DNA of 64,000 nt, from NCBI RefSeq assembly GCF_963921235.1, contig NC_086098.1:208444001-208508000 (forward strand), in the 5' to 3' direction. The notes beneath the pieces are model-generated. The model was not told where the DNA came from, searched no databases, and saw only the letters and a list, made by a program, of their open reading frames with translations. This document shows positions 61,517-64,000 of the stretch, in pieces (within the stretch, counting starts at the first letter, position 1; every line of letters starts with the position of its first letter). The DNA comes from Mobula hypostoma (taxonomy: Eukaryota). The position numbers and the translations under genes were made by a program.

Positions 61517-62544
61517 GGATGTGCATTGACTCTTTGAGACCAAATTTAATAAATTATCTATAACAGTGCCACAGTGATATGAAAGCATTCATTGATAATT
61601 TCAACCTTAAAATTCACAAATTCTTTTCCTCAATGGATGGTGGAAGAAGATCTTCTAAGGTAGAGGAGAAGAGATTCTTAATACACAAGGGAGTGAAAGA
61701 TCACTGCAGGTAGAAGGGAATGCAGAGGTAAGGTTATAAGCAGATCAGCCATGATCTCATTCAAAGGCGGAACATGCTCAAAGGGCCAAATGGCCTATTC
61801 AAGCTTCCAATTTGTATGCTCGTATATTCCAAGTACTTTTCTTCACCAGCACAATCGCAATTGAATAGATCGCGAGTGCAGTATTTTATGCAATTATGCA
61901 GAAAGATATTCTTGCATTTTTAGCTACACTGGATATTTAATTTACTATTGCTCATGTTTCCCTTGGGTAATTCAAATGCTTTTTTTAATAAGTAACTTTT
62001 GAAAATGTCTATACACAACAGCATGTTTGTCAAATATAATAACCCATGTATTTTCAAATGTCAATTTATTTTTCTTATTATGTTGGAAGTTTTGTCTGTA
62101 ATCATCATAATATTAACTGGACTGCAGTCCCACATTTAGCACTTGCTCCAGTTTCTTGAATTTGAGTTATCATCTGTATTACTCTAGTGTCTTTGAAGGA
62201 TTTGTCAGAAAGACCATTATATATGGTTTTCTTGCCAATGGACATTGAGGGGCTGGGCTTGCCATAATAGCCGCTCAGATTTATCTCTGACAAACTGATT
62301 GGGACTAAAAATTGGTGACAACTTAACATTTTGTAAATGTTAAAAAGTAAAAGAAATGATATAATTGATCCTGTGAATGAAGCTGAAATGCCCCATTGAT
62401 TAAATATGTATTATATGAAGAAATGGTACTGTTGGAAAAAGTTACTTTCTTTGGAAGATTATGGGAAAAGCCTTTAACTCTACTTCCTTCACAGCAGAGC
62501 TACTAGGACTTGATGTTTCAATCCCTATGGTAAGCCGGCATTCT

Positions 62545-63006
62545 CGATGTTGGCAGTGGGCTTGAAGTGGTGACAAGGAGGGAGGGTATGTACATCATCT
62601 GGGTCATCAGGTGGGCACCCTCCTTCTTTGACGTTTCGTTGATAAGCCTACGATGTCTCCAGAGGGCTCACTGGTCCTACCTAACGTCCCAGATACACCC
62701 CCCTCAGTTCCATACTGCCCTGTCTTCATCTTGCAGCCCAGTTGTTGTCTTTCCTTTTAATCCAAATCCAATTGCTGCTTTCTTCTGCTACATTTAACAA
62801 GGACTTGATTGCTTGTTGGAGGGAGTGACCCCTCACCCCCATCTTCTTCAATAGACTGGTTGTAGATGTAGCTACGAATCCCCTGCATCCCACTTCTACA
62901 GGGAAAATCTTAGTCTTCCAGCCATTCTGGGCAGCTTCAGTTGCCAGTTCAGAGTACTTGGTCTTTTTCCTCTCATAAGCTTCTTCGACACCATCTTCCC
63001 ATGGTA
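62545..63006 (-). mobile_element. Hero/R2-group (restriction-like endonuclease) non-LTR 3' fragment
   Basis: Minus-strand translation PWEDGVEEAYERKKTKYSELATEAAQNGWKTKIFPVEVGCRGF...AEESSNWIWIKRK. Confidence 0.75.
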
Positions 63007-64000
63007 AACCTTAGGTACATCCTTTCCTACTTGGTTGCTTTTGTGGACCTCCAGTCTCTTAAATAATTTCTCTTCTCTGCACTTTTACTTTTTGTTTTGA
63101 TACTAATTATATTCCTGAGAAATGCACAAACTTCAAAATAAAGTTCACCTATTCGGCTCATAGTAGCCCTTACCCTCCTCCTCACTTGATTAACCTTTCA
63201 TTAAGTTCATGTTTCCATTTATACTCAGTGGCCACTTTATTAGCTACACAAGCTGATAAATTTTAAACATTTTCTTGTCCCAGATAACAGAAAATCCCTT
63301 GAATTGCTGGTGGTCTGCAGTTTGAATGAAATTCATTTGTTTGAACAGTTGTTGTTGATGTCCTTAACAAAGGACTTGATAAAATTATCATCATTCACAG
63401 TCGAAGACAATGCAAACTAACATAGATTTGAGCTAATATAATTATCGAACAGGTTTATCTCCTCTTAATTAGTTTACTTCTAATGGCTGTGAACCATATC
63501 AAGTCAATCTAAATAAAACCAAGTGATAAGCACAAAATCAGTCAGAGTAATAAAGGCTGGTGGAAGCAGAGAGAATAGTTAAATATCAAATAGTCATCCA
63601 ATTAATAAACACACAGGTTCAGCTTACAAAACACTGCTACATGATTTTTTCAACTAAGGGAAATTATCTCAACCAGATGAATGTTAAAATCTTTTAGTGT
63701 GAATCTTTCATTCATGATAATAAGATCACTCCTTCTTATTTATCTTGTGGCACAAATTGTGGGTCTTAGTCATTAATGAATAATTAATAGTGTAAACAGC
63801 AATGATATTCATTTATTCCAAAGCTGATCTTCTTGTGGAAGGAATTTAAATTTGAACTTTCTTTAAAAAAGCCTAGTTCTCTATTCCCATCTGTTCTTAA
63901 AGTCCCATTTCGATGTTGATCCTTCCATTGTCCCTAGTTTTTGGGAATCAAGGACTGATAAATATTCTTGTTAATATTTATCAAAGTTCTTTCCTACTAT

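Noticed and set aside
62585-62700. Minus-strand CGAAACGTC...CTGATGA in the Hero-like 3' UTR as a permuted hammerhead
   Set aside because: Both core boxes are present, but the bases next to them do not form helix I or helix II by eye.

Overview
Eukaryotic (vertebrate) genomic DNA. The repeat landscape (abundant CR1, V-SINEs, Penelope pseudo-LTR fragments) suggests a cartilaginous fish, probably a ray; this is an inference. Three multi-exon genes can be rebuilt from canonical GT-AG junctions: SPATA2 (minus strand, 2 coding exons, 517 aa), RNF114 (plus strand, 6 exons, 227 aa) and SNAI1 (plus strand, 3 exons, 265 aa, five zinc fingers). They lie in the same order and orientation as the human 20q13 SPATA2-RNF114-SNAI1 block. 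Introns and intergenic DNA are dense with nested mobile elements: two Tc1/mariner copies, CR1, Rex1/Babar, Nimb, L1, Hero-like, Penelope, a Gypsy LTR element, a hAT remnant and SINEs. The ~6 kb around SNAI1 is nearly TE-free and rich in Snail-type E-boxes. The most notable hidden signals are self-cleaving RNA motifs. First, at least eight loci/copies of a minimal hammerhead ribozyme core sit in Penelope-derived repeats, many of them short TSD-flanked fold-back inserts, and several are in the sense strand of SPATA2/RNF114 introns. Second, a 568-bp non-coding, TSD-flanked RTE-like element starts with an HDV-like ribozyme fold carrying an extra hairpin in L3. There is a 128-nt assembly gap at 49896-50023. 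All calls were made by eye, with no database search or folding computation.
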